DNA from: Dehalococcoidia bacterium
GTDB lineage: Bacteria > Chloroflexota > Dehalococcoidia > Lucifugimonadales > VXLM01
Direction of reading: 5' to 3'
Assembly (NCBI GenBank): GCA_965219245.1
Contig: OZ244722.1
Coordinates: 1,785,212 to 1,849,211, forward strand
DNA length: 64,000 nt
The first letter of the stretch is position 1, and each line of letters starts with the position of its first letter. Position numbers and translations under genes: made by a program. This document shows positions 28,724-37,838 of the stretch, in pieces. Below the pieces are notes generated by a model. That model was not told the DNA's origin. It made no database searches and saw only the letters and a program-made list of their open reading frames with translations.

Positions 28724-30105
28724 CCGAGAACGTCATCCTGCAGTTCACCGACCTCGTCACCACAAGGCGAAGCGCGCTTCGCATCGATCCGCCCGACCTA
28801 GACCTGACGCTCCAAAACCTGCTCGACAAGTACCTCAAGCATCCGCCGCTGGCGTTGCTGCGTGAAGAACGCCGCATCGCCGACGACTCCGAAGAGACTC
28901 TTACGGCGTTCCAAGACCTGGTCTACATCTCATCCGACTCCGGCAGCCTGACCGGCATGTTCGAGGGGGTCGAGTTCCTCCAAGAAGGGAGATACTTGGA
29001 CGCTGATGACACGCCTCACTCCGAGCCTGTGACCATAGGCGAAAAGGACGCCCTCGTCGTCGACCTGCAGATCGATCGCACCGGCGTCGGATACGACCGC
29101 AACTGGGTCGGATTCCACCGCCGACGATGGGACAGGCACTCGGACACCTTCACCGACTTCGTGGCGGAGAGTCTGGAGATGAGATTCGGGTCGGAATTCG
29201 CGAAACGGTCCGGTGGCTTGAAGTCAACGGGCGACAAGGCGGACTTCATTCACGCGCTCGCCTTGCGTATCTGGGAAGCCGACTTCGAAAACTATTCGCG
29301 CTTTAGCGGGCGCAAGCTGGTATTCAAGTCGGGCGATGAGACCGTGCTCAATATCGTCGGAGGGCGCGGCGGAATATGCTCGGAGAAGGTGCAGGCGCTG
29401 AAGTTTCTCACCGACCATTTCGGTCTGGAGTCCGAGTACGTCCTCTCCGGCCCTGCCACTCCCGATCCGGTGCCTGAAGAGCGCCTTCGTCAGCTGTTGG
29501 ACACGCTCGACTTCCGCTTCTCCAAGCGGTTCATGCGCTACTGGCAGCACCTCGCCCTGCTGTACAGGTTCGACGGCATGGAGCTTCTCGTCGACGCGAC
29601 CAACGGAAACGTCCCCTTTCTGTTCGTCTCAGGCCCGGAGGCCGAGGGCGTCTTGGGGTACGAGTCCAAACGTCCCGTCCGCGTCCGCATGGCCGTGAAG
29701 GAGGAGGACTTCTACTACCACCGCGTCTCGCAGGACATCGTCGAGGACATGATCTTCGCGATGGAGGGGTGGATTCCCTACGTCGATCTGGTGCAGGTCT
29801 TCGAGAATGAGCTTGGCCTGTGCATCACGAAAGACTACATGGTCGCGCCGGTCGTCTTCAGAATGGAGAAGACTTTCGATACAATGAGGCGGGAGTATCT
29901 CCGCGTATGCGACGAAGCAGGACTCGACTGCGAGGTCTCGGACGAGTGGGGCTTCACGGGACCCATCGGCGAGTCGTTTGCGACGGAAGATCCGGAGAAG
30001 GTCGAGCATATCATGGACTCGTACGACCACCTGCTCGACAGGTACGATGAGGCCCACGGCCCGGGGCACGAGGCGGGTCTGGCGGTCATAAGGCTAACTG
30101 CGTAG
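28720..30105 (+). CDS. Uncharacterised protein with transglutaminase-like Cys-His-Asp core
   Basis: 461 aa. TTG start overlaps the DegV stop (TTGA). GGRGGICSEKVQALKFLTDHFGLESEYVLSG (Cys), then YWQHLALLYRFDGMELLVDATNG (His ... Asp), matching the papain-like transglutaminase core spacing. Confidence 0.6.
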   Translation: MTENVILQFTDLVTTRRSALRIDPPDLDLTLQNLLDKYLKHPPLALLREERRIADDSEETLTAFQDLVYISSDSGSLTGMFEGVEFLQEGRYLDADDTPHSEPVTIGEKDALVVDLQIDRTGVGYDRNWVGFHRRRWDRHSDTFTDFVAESLEMRFGSEFAKRSGGLKSTGDKADFIHALALRIWEADFENYSRFSGRKLVFKSGDETVLNIVGGRGGICSEKVQALKFLTDHFGLESEYVLSGPATPDPVPEERLRQLLDTLDFRFSKRFMRYWQHLALLYRFDGMELLVDATNGNVPFLFVSGPEAEGVLGYESKRPVRVRMAVKEEDFYYHRVSQDIVEDMIFAMEGWIPYVDLVQVFENELGLCITKDYMVAPVVFRMEKTFDTMRREYLRVCDEAGLDCEVSDEWGFTGPIGESFATEDPEKVEHIMDSYDHLLDRYDEAHGPGHEAGLAVIRLTA

Positions 30106-30108
30106 ATC

Positions 30109-31173
30109 ATGTTCTACTCGCTAAATCGACTGCTTCGCAAGATGAGACGCCGCCGCGAACTCGGCGCTCTCTTCCTTCTGTTCGCCCTCGCGATAAGCAT
30201 CGTTGGAAACACGCTGAACTTCTTCTACTTCGAACAGGTCAGCGCTAATCCGCCCGGAGTCTGGGACAGCCTTTGGTACAGCGTCATTTCGATCACCACC
30301 ATCGGGTACGGCGACTTTTCCTCCACAACCGTCGGCGCGAGAATTGGTACGACGGTCTTCATCGTGGTCATCGGTTTGGCCGCGTTCACCACGTCAATAG
30401 GGCTGCTGGTGGACTGGGTCGTGGAACTCCGAGACAGAGAGAGGTCAGGTATGGGTAAATCGGATGCGAGAGACCACTTGATTATCGTCAACTTCCCCGG
30501 CGAGTCCCGGGTGCGGCAGGTCATCAGCGAGTTCCTGACGGACGCCCAACACGAAGACAGGGACATTGTGATCGTGACCGATGGGATAGAGCGCCTGCCG
30601 TTCGTGATGCCCAACGTGTCGTTTGTGCGCGGCTCGCCTCTGGAAGAAGAGACGTACCGCCGTGCAGGAATCGAGCACGCCGAGCAGGCCATCATCCTCA
30701 GTACCGGCTACGACGACCCCCGCTCGGACAGCTTCGTCGCGTCCGTGGCCTTCGTCGTCGAGAATATGAACCCGGACGTCAACATCGTCGCGGAGTGCTT
30801 GGACTCAAAACACGCTGCCCTGTTCAGCAAGTCCGACCAGGTGTCCCTCGTGTACGCGCTCAGCCTGGTGACGAACCTGTTGGTTCAAGAGGCCCAGGAC
30901 CCCGGCGTGAGCCTCGTTACGCAGGCCATTACCAGCAACGAGGTGGAGGGTACCCTTGCCACGACGATGGTGGAGGGTGACGTTGGCCCCAACCCCTCCT
31001 ACGACTACATTGCCGGCAAACTGCTCGACAACGACGTGAACCTCGTCGGAGTCGTCCGCGATCAGTCCGTCATGCTGAGGTTCCACGGCGAGGTCTGTAG
31101 CCAAGGCGACAGCCTTGTATACATCGACTCGAGCCGCCGGACGTGGGATCAGATCCGGGAGATGCTGGCGTGA
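30109..31173 (+). CDS. Two-TM potassium channel with C-terminal RCK/TrkA-N domain
   Basis: Selectivity filter SITTIGYGDF between two TM helices. RCK domain begins DHLIIVNFPGESRV. Starts 3 nt after the previous stop. Confidence 0.88.
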   Translation: MFYSLNRLLRKMRRRRELGALFLLFALAISIVGNTLNFFYFEQVSANPPGVWDSLWYSVISITTIGYGDFSSTTVGARIGTTVFIVVIGLAAFTTSIGLLVDWVVELRDRERSGMGKSDARDHLIIVNFPGESRVRQVISEFLTDAQHEDRDIVIVTDGIERLPFVMPNVSFVRGSPLEEETYRRAGIEHAEQAIILSTGYDDPRSDSFVASVAFVVENMNPDVNIVAECLDSKHAALFSKSDQVSLVYALSLVTNLLVQEAQDPGVSLVTQAITSNEVEGTLATTMVEGDVGPNPSYDYIAGKLLDNDVNLVGVVRDQSVMLRFHGEVCSQGDSLVYIDSSRRTWDQIREMLA

Positions 31174-31194
31174 CCACTGCGACGGCCCGCGACG

Positions 31195-31652
31195 CTAGTA
31201 CTCAGTCAACTTGAATATGACGAACAGGCAGGTGCCGATTTATCCCCTCTCCCGTCGTGGGCTGACAGGGGTAGGTAAAACGGATTTGTAGCTATGATCC
31301 GGCCCCGTCTCTCTGTCATTCCGAGCGTAGCGAGGAATCTAAAATCCATAACCGCAAGACCGGACAGCCAGCGCCGTGCTTCTATCGTGACCAAGAGCGA
31401 AAACAGCGTAAGAACTCCCTATGTCAGCTTTACGTTAGGACAGACACTTTAGATTCTTCGACTCCGCTACGCTCCGCTCAGGATGACAGAGCCAGGTTGC
31501 TTTCTGGTCAATGGAGAGTGGAGCGATAGGCAAATACATACCCCTGTCAGCCCGTCGTGGGAGAGGGCTAGGGTGAGGGCTAGAGCCTGCCCCGTACTCG
31601 ATACGGGGGTGAGGGTGGTTTGAGTAAGCTACCAAAATCATATGGAACCGAA
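31195..31652. mobile_element. MITE interrupted by a nested insertion
   Basis: The left part (31195..31261) is ctagtactcagtcaacttgaatatga...cccctctcccgtcgtggg. The right part (31551..~31652) resumes cccgtcgtgggagagggctagggtg...aaaatcatatggaacc. The right terminus is degenerate. Confidence 0.7.
31262..31550. mobile_element. 289-bp non-autonomous element with 12-bp perfect TIRs and 11-bp target-site duplication
   Basis: TIR CTGACAGGGGTA (31262..31273) / TACCCCTGTCAG (31539..31550). Flanked by direct cccgtcgtggg at 31251..31261 and 31551..31561. The interior carries an inverted pair of gtcattccgagcgtagcgaggaatcta-type hairpins. Confidence 0.75.
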
Positions 31653-32264
31653 ACTCGCATTGCAGAAGCAACCAGCGAGTCCGTCCACCGGATTCACACG
31701 CTCTTCGCGGAAACTCTCGGCAACGACTCGGTTGAAGACCTCGAGTCGTTTCGTCAGACGGTTTCTCCGCACACTGACCCGCATGTTGCTCCAAAGCTGG
31801 TGACGACGCACGAGTGCGGCCACCACGTCGGCGCGATGCTCGGCGTATACCTTCGCAGGGTGAACGGTGGCATGGTTCTCTACGCAGGCGTCAAAGAGCC
31901 GTTTAGACGACAGGGGATATACACGGAAATGAGAACCAGGCTGCTGGCCAAGCTCGCCGCGGAGTCTCCGACCCGTCTGGGGTTCGTGCTGAGTGAGGTC
32001 GAGGACGGCTCCTGGCTGCACCGGATGTACCTCGAAGATTGGGGAGCGTTCATCGCCCCGCTGGACTACGTTCAACCGGCTGTCCAGGGCCTGTCGAGAC
32101 GGCGCCTGGACCTTGTGGTCGTGCCTCAGGCTGCAGATAGGGAGGAGATCATTCACTCCCTGCCAGCGATTGTTCGCGAGGTGTTCACGGGCGTCTACGG
32201 CATCTCGGAGCCCGAAGACCACCCGGACTTCCGTCACGTAGTGGACTCAATCGGGACGTCCTGA
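31620..32264 (+). CDS. GNAT family N-acetyltransferase
   Basis: VKEPFRRQGIYTEMRTRL is the acetyl-CoA-binding R/Q-x-x-G-x-G/A-like motif with surrounding beta-alpha pattern. The only in-frame canonical start (TTG 31620, preceded by GAGG) lies inside the MITE right end. Confidence 0.65.
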   Translation: MSKLPKSYGTETRIAEATSESVHRIHTLFAETLGNDSVEDLESFRQTVSPHTDPHVAPKLVTTHECGHHVGAMLGVYLRRVNGGMVLYAGVKEPFRRQGIYTEMRTRLLAKLAAESPTRLGFVLSEVEDGSWLHRMYLEDWGAFIAPLDYVQPAVQGLSRRRLDLVVVPQAADREEIIHSLPAIVREVFTGVYGISEPEDHPDFRHVVDSIGTS

Positions 32265-32284
32265 AGACCGAGGAGTCGCCCGTC

Positions 32285-35200
32285 GTGCCCGATTCTCCCG
32301 TCATCAACGATTCTCCCGCCGGCCAATCTGGATGGCGTGGTGAGCCGACGGGATTGTTCCGTCGACCTGACCGTTCTTCGCAGGCGTTTATGTCGTCCGT
32401 ACGAAGCATCGATTTGTCCCAAGCGTCGGACGCGGAGCTTCGCGCCCGCGCAGATAGGCTGAAGCATCGCACACTGGATGAGGATACTCTGGCCGAGTGT
32501 TTTGCCGTCATCGACGAGACAATCAGACGGCGAATCGGCGCATGGCAGGTCTTCGACCCAGGTTTCGAGCACGCGGACATTGACAGATATAGAGACCTGG
32601 CCCGTAACCTCACTGGAATTGACAAGCTGATCGCGGATACCCTTGCCTACGTGGCCGAAGAGAGTACCTCGCGATACTTCGCCGACATCGATCTCCCAGC
32701 ACCGTTCTACCTCGCAGTACGAGAATCAACCCTCTTCGACGTACTACGTTTCGAGCCGACGGACGAGCAGATAGCGGCGGGCCGGCTGATGCTCGACCGC
32801 ACCGTCGTCGAGATGGACGCTGGCGAGGGCAAGACCGTCGCTGCCGCCTTCCCCGCCATCACGCAGGCGCTGTCCGCGCGCAAGGTGCATGTCATTACAG
32901 CGAACGATTACCTCGCCCTGCGCGATGCCGAGTTGCTGGCGCCTGCATACGAGTTCCTGGGCCTTACGGTCGGCGCCGTGCTGAGTCACATGAGCGACGC
33001 CGAACGTCGAAGCGCCTACCGGCGTGACATCGTCTATGGCACGCTGCGGGAGATCGGTTTCGACTACCTGCGCGACAACCTGCGCCACTCGCGGGTTGAC
33101 ATGGTGCATGGACCCATCGAGGTCGCCATCGTGGACGAGGCCGACCATGCCCTCGTCGACGATGGCCGCACGCCGCTCATCATCTCCGGGAAGCCGGGCG
33201 GGAGCGTCAGGTCGGTCTTCCGGGTGAAGCAAGCAGTCGAAGGGCTGATCGAAGAACAGCGGGACATCGTCGTGTCGCTCGTCGACAATCTCACGGAGGT
33301 GAAGGGGACGCCGCGCCTAGATCGGTACGCCAAGCTACTGCTCGCCGACCCTCGAAACGCCGCATTCGTCTCCGCCGCCGCGCGCGACGAACGATTATTG
33401 AGCCGCGTTCGAGCCGTAATCGACACGTACTCCGAGGACGGCATCGAAAACAAGCTCACCGAGGGGCTGCTCTACACGACCGACCCCAGTCGCGGTCTCG
33501 TCGCGCTTACGGCGGAAGGCAGCGCCTACGTCGAAGGCCGCCTCGGCCCCGTCTTCGACACTGCCGACCTCCACGCCGAGCTTGCCGAGATTGAGTCCGA
33601 CCGGTCCGTGCCGCTTGCGGAACGGAGACGACTCAGAGAGGCCGTCTCTAAGCGAATAGCACGGCAGTACGGCACCGCAAACCAGGTACACCAGATGCTC
33701 AGGGCCTACCTGTTGCTGACTCGTGACGAGGACTACATCGTTGCGGACGGACGCGTCGTATTGATCGACGATCTGACCGGCCGCCGCAAGTCGGACAGCA
33801 AGTACCAATACGGCCTGCAGGCCGCGCTCGAGGCTAAGGAGGGCGTCCGGGTGCGTCCGGATCCCCAAACACTCGCGTACCTGACGGTCGAGGGACTCGT
33901 CCGGCAGTACGTCCATGTATCGGGAATGACGGGGACGGCGTTGGAGGCCCGCGAGACGTTCCGCAGGTCGTACGGTCTCGACGCCGCGCGAGTTGAGCCT
34001 GCCAACCCTTCCCGCCGAGTCGACCGTCCGCCGAGGGTCTATGCCACGCGGAGCGAGAAGCTCGACGCGATCGTGGAAGAAGTGGCGTACTGGAACCGCA
34101 TTGGCCGTCCGGTGCTCGTCGGAACGCGAACGGTCGAGCAGTCGGAAGAGATCAGCCGGCTCCTCACCGAGGCGCAGGTCGCCCACAACAGGTTGGACGC
34201 CGTGAGGAACGGCGATGAGGCCCGGATCGTCCAAAAAGCCGGTTCATTCGGCGCGGTGACCGTCGCGACCAATATGGCCGGCCGCGGCACCGATATCCTG
34301 CTGGACGACGACCTCGACGAACGAGTAACCGGCCGGTTCATCCGAATGCTCAGCGAACGCCACAGTACAGAGCGACACCCCGTTCGCGTGGACTGCGGCC
34401 ATGCAGATGTCGTTGAAGATCTTGCCGCTCGGCTTACCGATTTGGGACTCCCTTTTCACGTCACGGAATCCGCCCTCGTGATCGAGGGAACCGGCAGCGA
34501 GACATCAATGGAATTCGGTCTCGGCCTCCACGTGATCGGCACGGAGATGAACGAGGCCGCCCGCGTCGACCGTCAACTCCGGGGTCGGAGCGGCCGGCAG
34601 GGCCAGCACGGCTCGTCCCGGTTCGTCCTGTCGCAGGAAGACCGCCCCTTCATCACGTCGAGCCGCAGGCTGTCGAGTCCCGACGCGGAGGACGCGCAGG
34701 GGTTCGTCGAGAAGGTGCAGTCGTCCATTGAGCAGGACGCCGATGCTATACGCATCGTCTCGTACGACCTCGCCCGGATCATCGAGCGCCAGACCCTGAA
34801 CTACTACAAGGCCCGCAACGCCGTGCTCGACGACGATTCGTTCCACGAAACATGCTGTGACATGGCGCGGGATGTCGTTCGCCGCCTGGTTGAACGCCTG
34901 TTTCCGCCCTCGGAGATGGGTGATTACACGACGCGGTTCGACGACGTAGCGGAGTCCGTTCGGCTCGACTTCGAGATAGACATGGAGGATCTATACGGCT
35001 TGGGGGCCGAGTCGCTGCATGAAGAGATTTACGAGGCCGTTATCACACGATTCGGTGATGCGGAGGCCGTGCTGAGTACAAGAAAATACAATCGGTTGGC
35101 CAAGACGATTGCCTTACAGGTGAGCGACGGGCTTTGGGCGCAGCACCTAAACCTCGTGCAGGACTTGATCGTAAACGCGCAGTTGTCCATGTCAGGGCAT

Positions 35201-35371
35201 AACAGTGTGGTGGCCGAGCTTGTCTTTCGGGCCGAAGATGCGTACCGTACATTTATGGAGCAGGCGGCAGATACGTTCATCTCTCGATTGGCGATGTTCG
35301 AGGCCGACGAGGAGGTGGGCGATGATGACTCGATCGTGCTTGCAGATGACGTAGGGGCTATACTTGTGTAA
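32285..35371 (+). CDS. Divergent SecA-like ATPase (DEAD motor, preprotein-binding-like and helical domains; no zinc-binding tail)
   Basis: 1028 aa. MDAGEGKT, HVITANDYLALRD, FLGLTVG, VYGTLREIGFDYLRDN, VDEADHALVDDGRTPLIISG, YIVADGRVVLIDDLTGR, YQYGLQAALEAKEGV, SGMTGTA, VLVGTRTVEQSE, ATNMAGRGTDI and HVIGTEMNEAARVDRQLRGRSGRQG all align to canonical SecA motifs but with many substitutions and extra insertions. GTG 32285 has GAGGAG upstream. Confidence 0.8.
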   Translation: MPDSPVINDSPAGQSGWRGEPTGLFRRPDRSSQAFMSSVRSIDLSQASDAELRARADRLKHRTLDEDTLAECFAVIDETIRRRIGAWQVFDPGFEHADIDRYRDLARNLTGIDKLIADTLAYVAEESTSRYFADIDLPAPFYLAVRESTLFDVLRFEPTDEQIAAGRLMLDRTVVEMDAGEGKTVAAAFPAITQALSARKVHVITANDYLALRDAELLAPAYEFLGLTVGAVLSHMSDAERRSAYRRDIVYGTLREIGFDYLRDNLRHSRVDMVHGPIEVAIVDEADHALVDDGRTPLIISGKPGGSVRSVFRVKQAVEGLIEEQRDIVVSLVDNLTEVKGTPRLDRYAKLLLADPRNAAFVSAAARDERLLSRVRAVIDTYSEDGIENKLTEGLLYTTDPSRGLVALTAEGSAYVEGRLGPVFDTADLHAELAEIESDRSVPLAERRRLREAVSKRIARQYGTANQVHQMLRAYLLLTRDEDYIVADGRVVLIDDLTGRRKSDSKYQYGLQAALEAKEGVRVRPDPQTLAYLTVEGLVRQYVHVSGMTGTALEARETFRRSYGLDAARVEPANPSRRVDRPPRVYATRSEKLDAIVEEVAYWNRIGRPVLVGTRTVEQSEEISRLLTEAQVAHNRLDAVRNGDEARIVQKAGSFGAVTVATNMAGRGTDILLDDDLDERVTGRFIRMLSERHSTERHPVRVDCGHADVVEDLAARLTDLGLPFHVTESALVIEGTGSETSMEFGLGLHVIGTEMNEAARVDRQLRGRSGRQGQHGSSRFVLSQEDRPFITSSRRLSSPDAEDAQGFVEKVQSSIEQDADAIRIVSYDLARIIERQTLNYYKARNAVLDDDSFHETCCDMARDVVRRLVERLFPPSEMGDYTTRFDDVAESVRLDFEIDMEDLYGLGAESLHEEIYEAVITRFGDAEAVLSTRKYNRLAKTIALQVSDGLWAQHLNLVQDLIVNAQLSMSGHNSVVAELVFRAEDAYRTFMEQAADTFISRLAMFEADEEVGDDDSIVLADDVGAILV

Positions 35372-35401
35372 CGGTCGGGCTAGCGCGCAGGAGGCACCGA
35401 C

Positions 35402-36220
35402 ATGACTACCCGATGGCGAAAGCTGGGAATCCGAGCGACGGCAGGACTAGCGGTTGCGGCCGCGCCGGTTGCGGCGGCTTGCGGTTCAGGGCCGTCCTAC
35501 GAGGACTGGGCCGAAACGGACGGCGCTGCAGGTCGTATCAACCTCGAGGACGTGCAGAACGCATTCCAGGAGTCCGAGAGCGTTACCGAATTCGAGAAGC
35601 GCGTCAACGAGATATTCGAGGGAGACGGCATTGTCCTCATCAAGGCCGAGCAGACCGACACGGCATTCGTCCTCGAAGGGTGGGAAAACCTGGACGGCAA
35701 CATAAGGATAGACGAGGGGACGGACGAGAAGCTCTTCACCATCACGGAGAAAGATGACAAGAGCCACGAAATGCGAGGCCACCACGCCAACTCCTACTAC
35801 CATTCATCGTTTGGAGCCGGCAACTTCCTGTTTACCTACTTGCTCCTGTCTTCCTTCGCCGGTCCGCGCTACGTGTACGCTACCCCGGCGTCTCGCGTAG
35901 GCACTATACGCAACGAACGGGGCCTCTACCGCAATTCAAGCGGCTACAAAAGCCAGGTCTCGAAGAACGGCTCGTACTTCAACAAGCAGAAGAGCTTTGC
36001 CGGTTCGAGCTACGACTCTGCAAACCGGAATCGCAGCAGCGCCAGGCAGTCCTACCAGTCACGCGCTCGCTCGACAGGCGCTTTCAGGAACAGCGGGACT
36101 GGAGTTCGCAGCAGCTGGGGAACGTCATCGCGTTCAGGCTTCTCTAGCGGCCGCAGCGGCGGTTTCTTCGGTGGGGGTGGCGGACAAACCTTCCTCGGCT
36201 CCACCCGACGCCGCGGTTGA
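35402..36220 (+). CDS. Lipoprotein of unknown function with Ser/Arg/Gly-rich tail
   Basis: AGGAGG SD. Lipobox signal LAVAAAPVAAACGSG, an acidic globular part, then a low-complexity S/R/G-rich C-terminus ending FFGGGGGQ. Confidence 0.65.
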   Translation: MTTRWRKLGIRATAGLAVAAAPVAAACGSGPSYEDWAETDGAAGRINLEDVQNAFQESESVTEFEKRVNEIFEGDGIVLIKAEQTDTAFVLEGWENLDGNIRIDEGTDEKLFTITEKDDKSHEMRGHHANSYYHSSFGAGNFLFTYLLLSSFAGPRYVYATPASRVGTIRNERGLYRNSSGYKSQVSKNGSYFNKQKSFAGSSYDSANRNRSSARQSYQSRARSTGAFRNSGTGVRSSWGTSSRSGFSSGRSGGFFGGGGGQTFLGSTRRRG

Positions 36221-37314
36221 GGCACTTGCCGGACGAAGGGCCGAAATACGCAAAACCACCAGTCTCTCCAGTCGGCCCGTGGAGCGCATCCTCCCTTTCC
36301 GCCGCTGACTCCGAGTTCGTCCTGCAAATCACCCTGGGCGAGATGCCCATCGAGGACGGATTCTGGATAGGCCTGCCTGACGACCTCTCGCGTCTGTCGC
36401 TTCGAGAACTGTTTAGCCGGGTGTTCCCGGGTGACCCCTCTCTCCAACAACTCTTCCTAGAGCGACTCGACATTAGCGGAAATCCAGACCTCCCCGACAT
36501 GTATGAGGCCCTGATCGACATCTTCGTGAAAGAACAGCTGGGACTGTGCGCCGTCGACACCTACGTGAACCACGGCCCGAAGCTCGACGACTCGGCAGCC
36601 ATAGACCAGCGCCTGAACAAGAACGACACCCCGCCTGTGCTCGACCTCGTACTGGAGCAGCGATTCTCGGCCATCGACTACGCCGTGCGGCGCGGGGACT
36701 TCGCCGATCAAGAGGATGCGCTGGCGTGGATGCGTTCGCGAGTGCTGCTGTACTTCCTCGACACGCCCGACTATGCCCTGCTTAGCGATCCTGTCGACGA
36801 TGCCGACGCGGCACTGCTGCCCATAGCACAGACCCTCGTCGAAGAGGGTCTTATCGAACGACCCGCCAAGCCCGGGCCGTTCGAGATCACCGAGTTGGGA
36901 CACGAGACGCTTCACGAAATGACGGCAGAGGTCGAAAACGTGCTCGAACGTTACGAGGTGTTCGGGGACGTTCTCTACGACCCAGAGACGGGCGAATGCG
37001 TCTTTGGCACGGGCGCAGGCATCGATCTTCGCATACCCGTCTACGAAGCGGAGGACCTAAGCCCCGTGCGCGCCGTCCTGCTCGTCGAACTATGCGACGG
37101 CGAACTCGCCCAAATGACCGACGACTGGCGCACCGCCATCCACGACCGCGAGTTCTTCGATGCGCTGCTCCTGCCCGTAGTCGAGCGCCCTCTAGTCGAC
37201 TCGGAGCACCTAGACGCCATCATCGACGCCGGGTTCGAGTTCATGGAGCGGCAGGCCCGCCAAGCATCCCTCGCCGACGAAGACGCCCAACTGCGCCGCT
37301 CCATCGACCTTTAG
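36217..37314 (+). CDS. Hypothetical acidic protein (possible winged-helix segment)
   Basis: Long ORF with coding-like composition. EEGLIERPAKPGPFEITELGHETL resembles a wHTH wing. Start uncertain: TTG 36217 overlaps the upstream stop, with ATG 36343 as the alternative. Confidence 0.55.
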   Translation: MRHLPDEGPKYAKPPVSPVGPWSASSLSAADSEFVLQITLGEMPIEDGFWIGLPDDLSRLSLRELFSRVFPGDPSLQQLFLERLDISGNPDLPDMYEALIDIFVKEQLGLCAVDTYVNHGPKLDDSAAIDQRLNKNDTPPVLDLVLEQRFSAIDYAVRRGDFADQEDALAWMRSRVLLYFLDTPDYALLSDPVDDADAALLPIAQTLVEEGLIERPAKPGPFEITELGHETLHEMTAEVENVLERYEVFGDVLYDPETGECVFGTGAGIDLRIPVYEAEDLSPVRAVLLVELCDGELAQMTDDWRTAIHDREFFDALLLPVVERPLVDSEHLDAIIDAGFEFMERQARQASLADEDAQLRRSIDL

Positions 37315-37392
37315 TAGGTAATGCTGACATCCCAATCATCCCCAACCCAATCCCAAGCAAAACGCGATTGCCCTAGATGATGGGGAAAAGGA

Positions 37393-37752
37393 TCAGATGT
37401 GGAGGACTTGGAGTTTGTCCACAAGCTCTTCGACGTCTCGCAGGCCGTCTTCGACCGCGTCCCGCGTCATCCAGCCCTCGTAGAAGTTCTGGTGGAGAGA
37501 GTTGGCGGAGCGGAATAGGTTGCGCAGGCGCCGGTCCCCGGTCTCGTCGGCCAGGCGGTCGATTGCCGTGTACAGTTGGCGGTGGCCGTCGTGCGACCAG
37601 CCGCGGTGCTCGGCAACGGCCTTGACCGTCTGGGCGGCGGCGCCCCAGCCCTTCTCGGAAGCCTGGAGAAGATCGCCGTCGGCCAGGTAGTCGCCAGCCT
37701 TTGCCATGAAGTGCCGGGCCGTGGTGGTGTGGTATTCGGTGCGAGTGGTCAT
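37393..37752 (-). CDS. PaREP1-like (HEPN-related) helical protein
   Basis: 119 aa. LLQASEKGWGAAAQTVKAVAEHRGW...SANSLHQNFYEGW matches the ASEK.WGA ... LH.NFYE pattern of the archaeal PaREP1 family as I recall it. Confidence 0.5.
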   Translation of the reverse strand: MTTRTEYHTTTARHFMAKAGDYLADGDLLQASEKGWGAAAQTVKAVAEHRGWSHDGHRQLYTAIDRLADETGDRRLRNLFRSANSLHQNFYEGWMTRDAVEDGLRDVEELVDKLQVLHI

Positions 37753-37838
37753 GGAAGGTACCCTTCAGAGACTATTGTAGCAGATGCCTCAACCGCGATT
37801 CGCGTGAAGCGAATGCGATAGCCCTTCGCAAACCCCTC

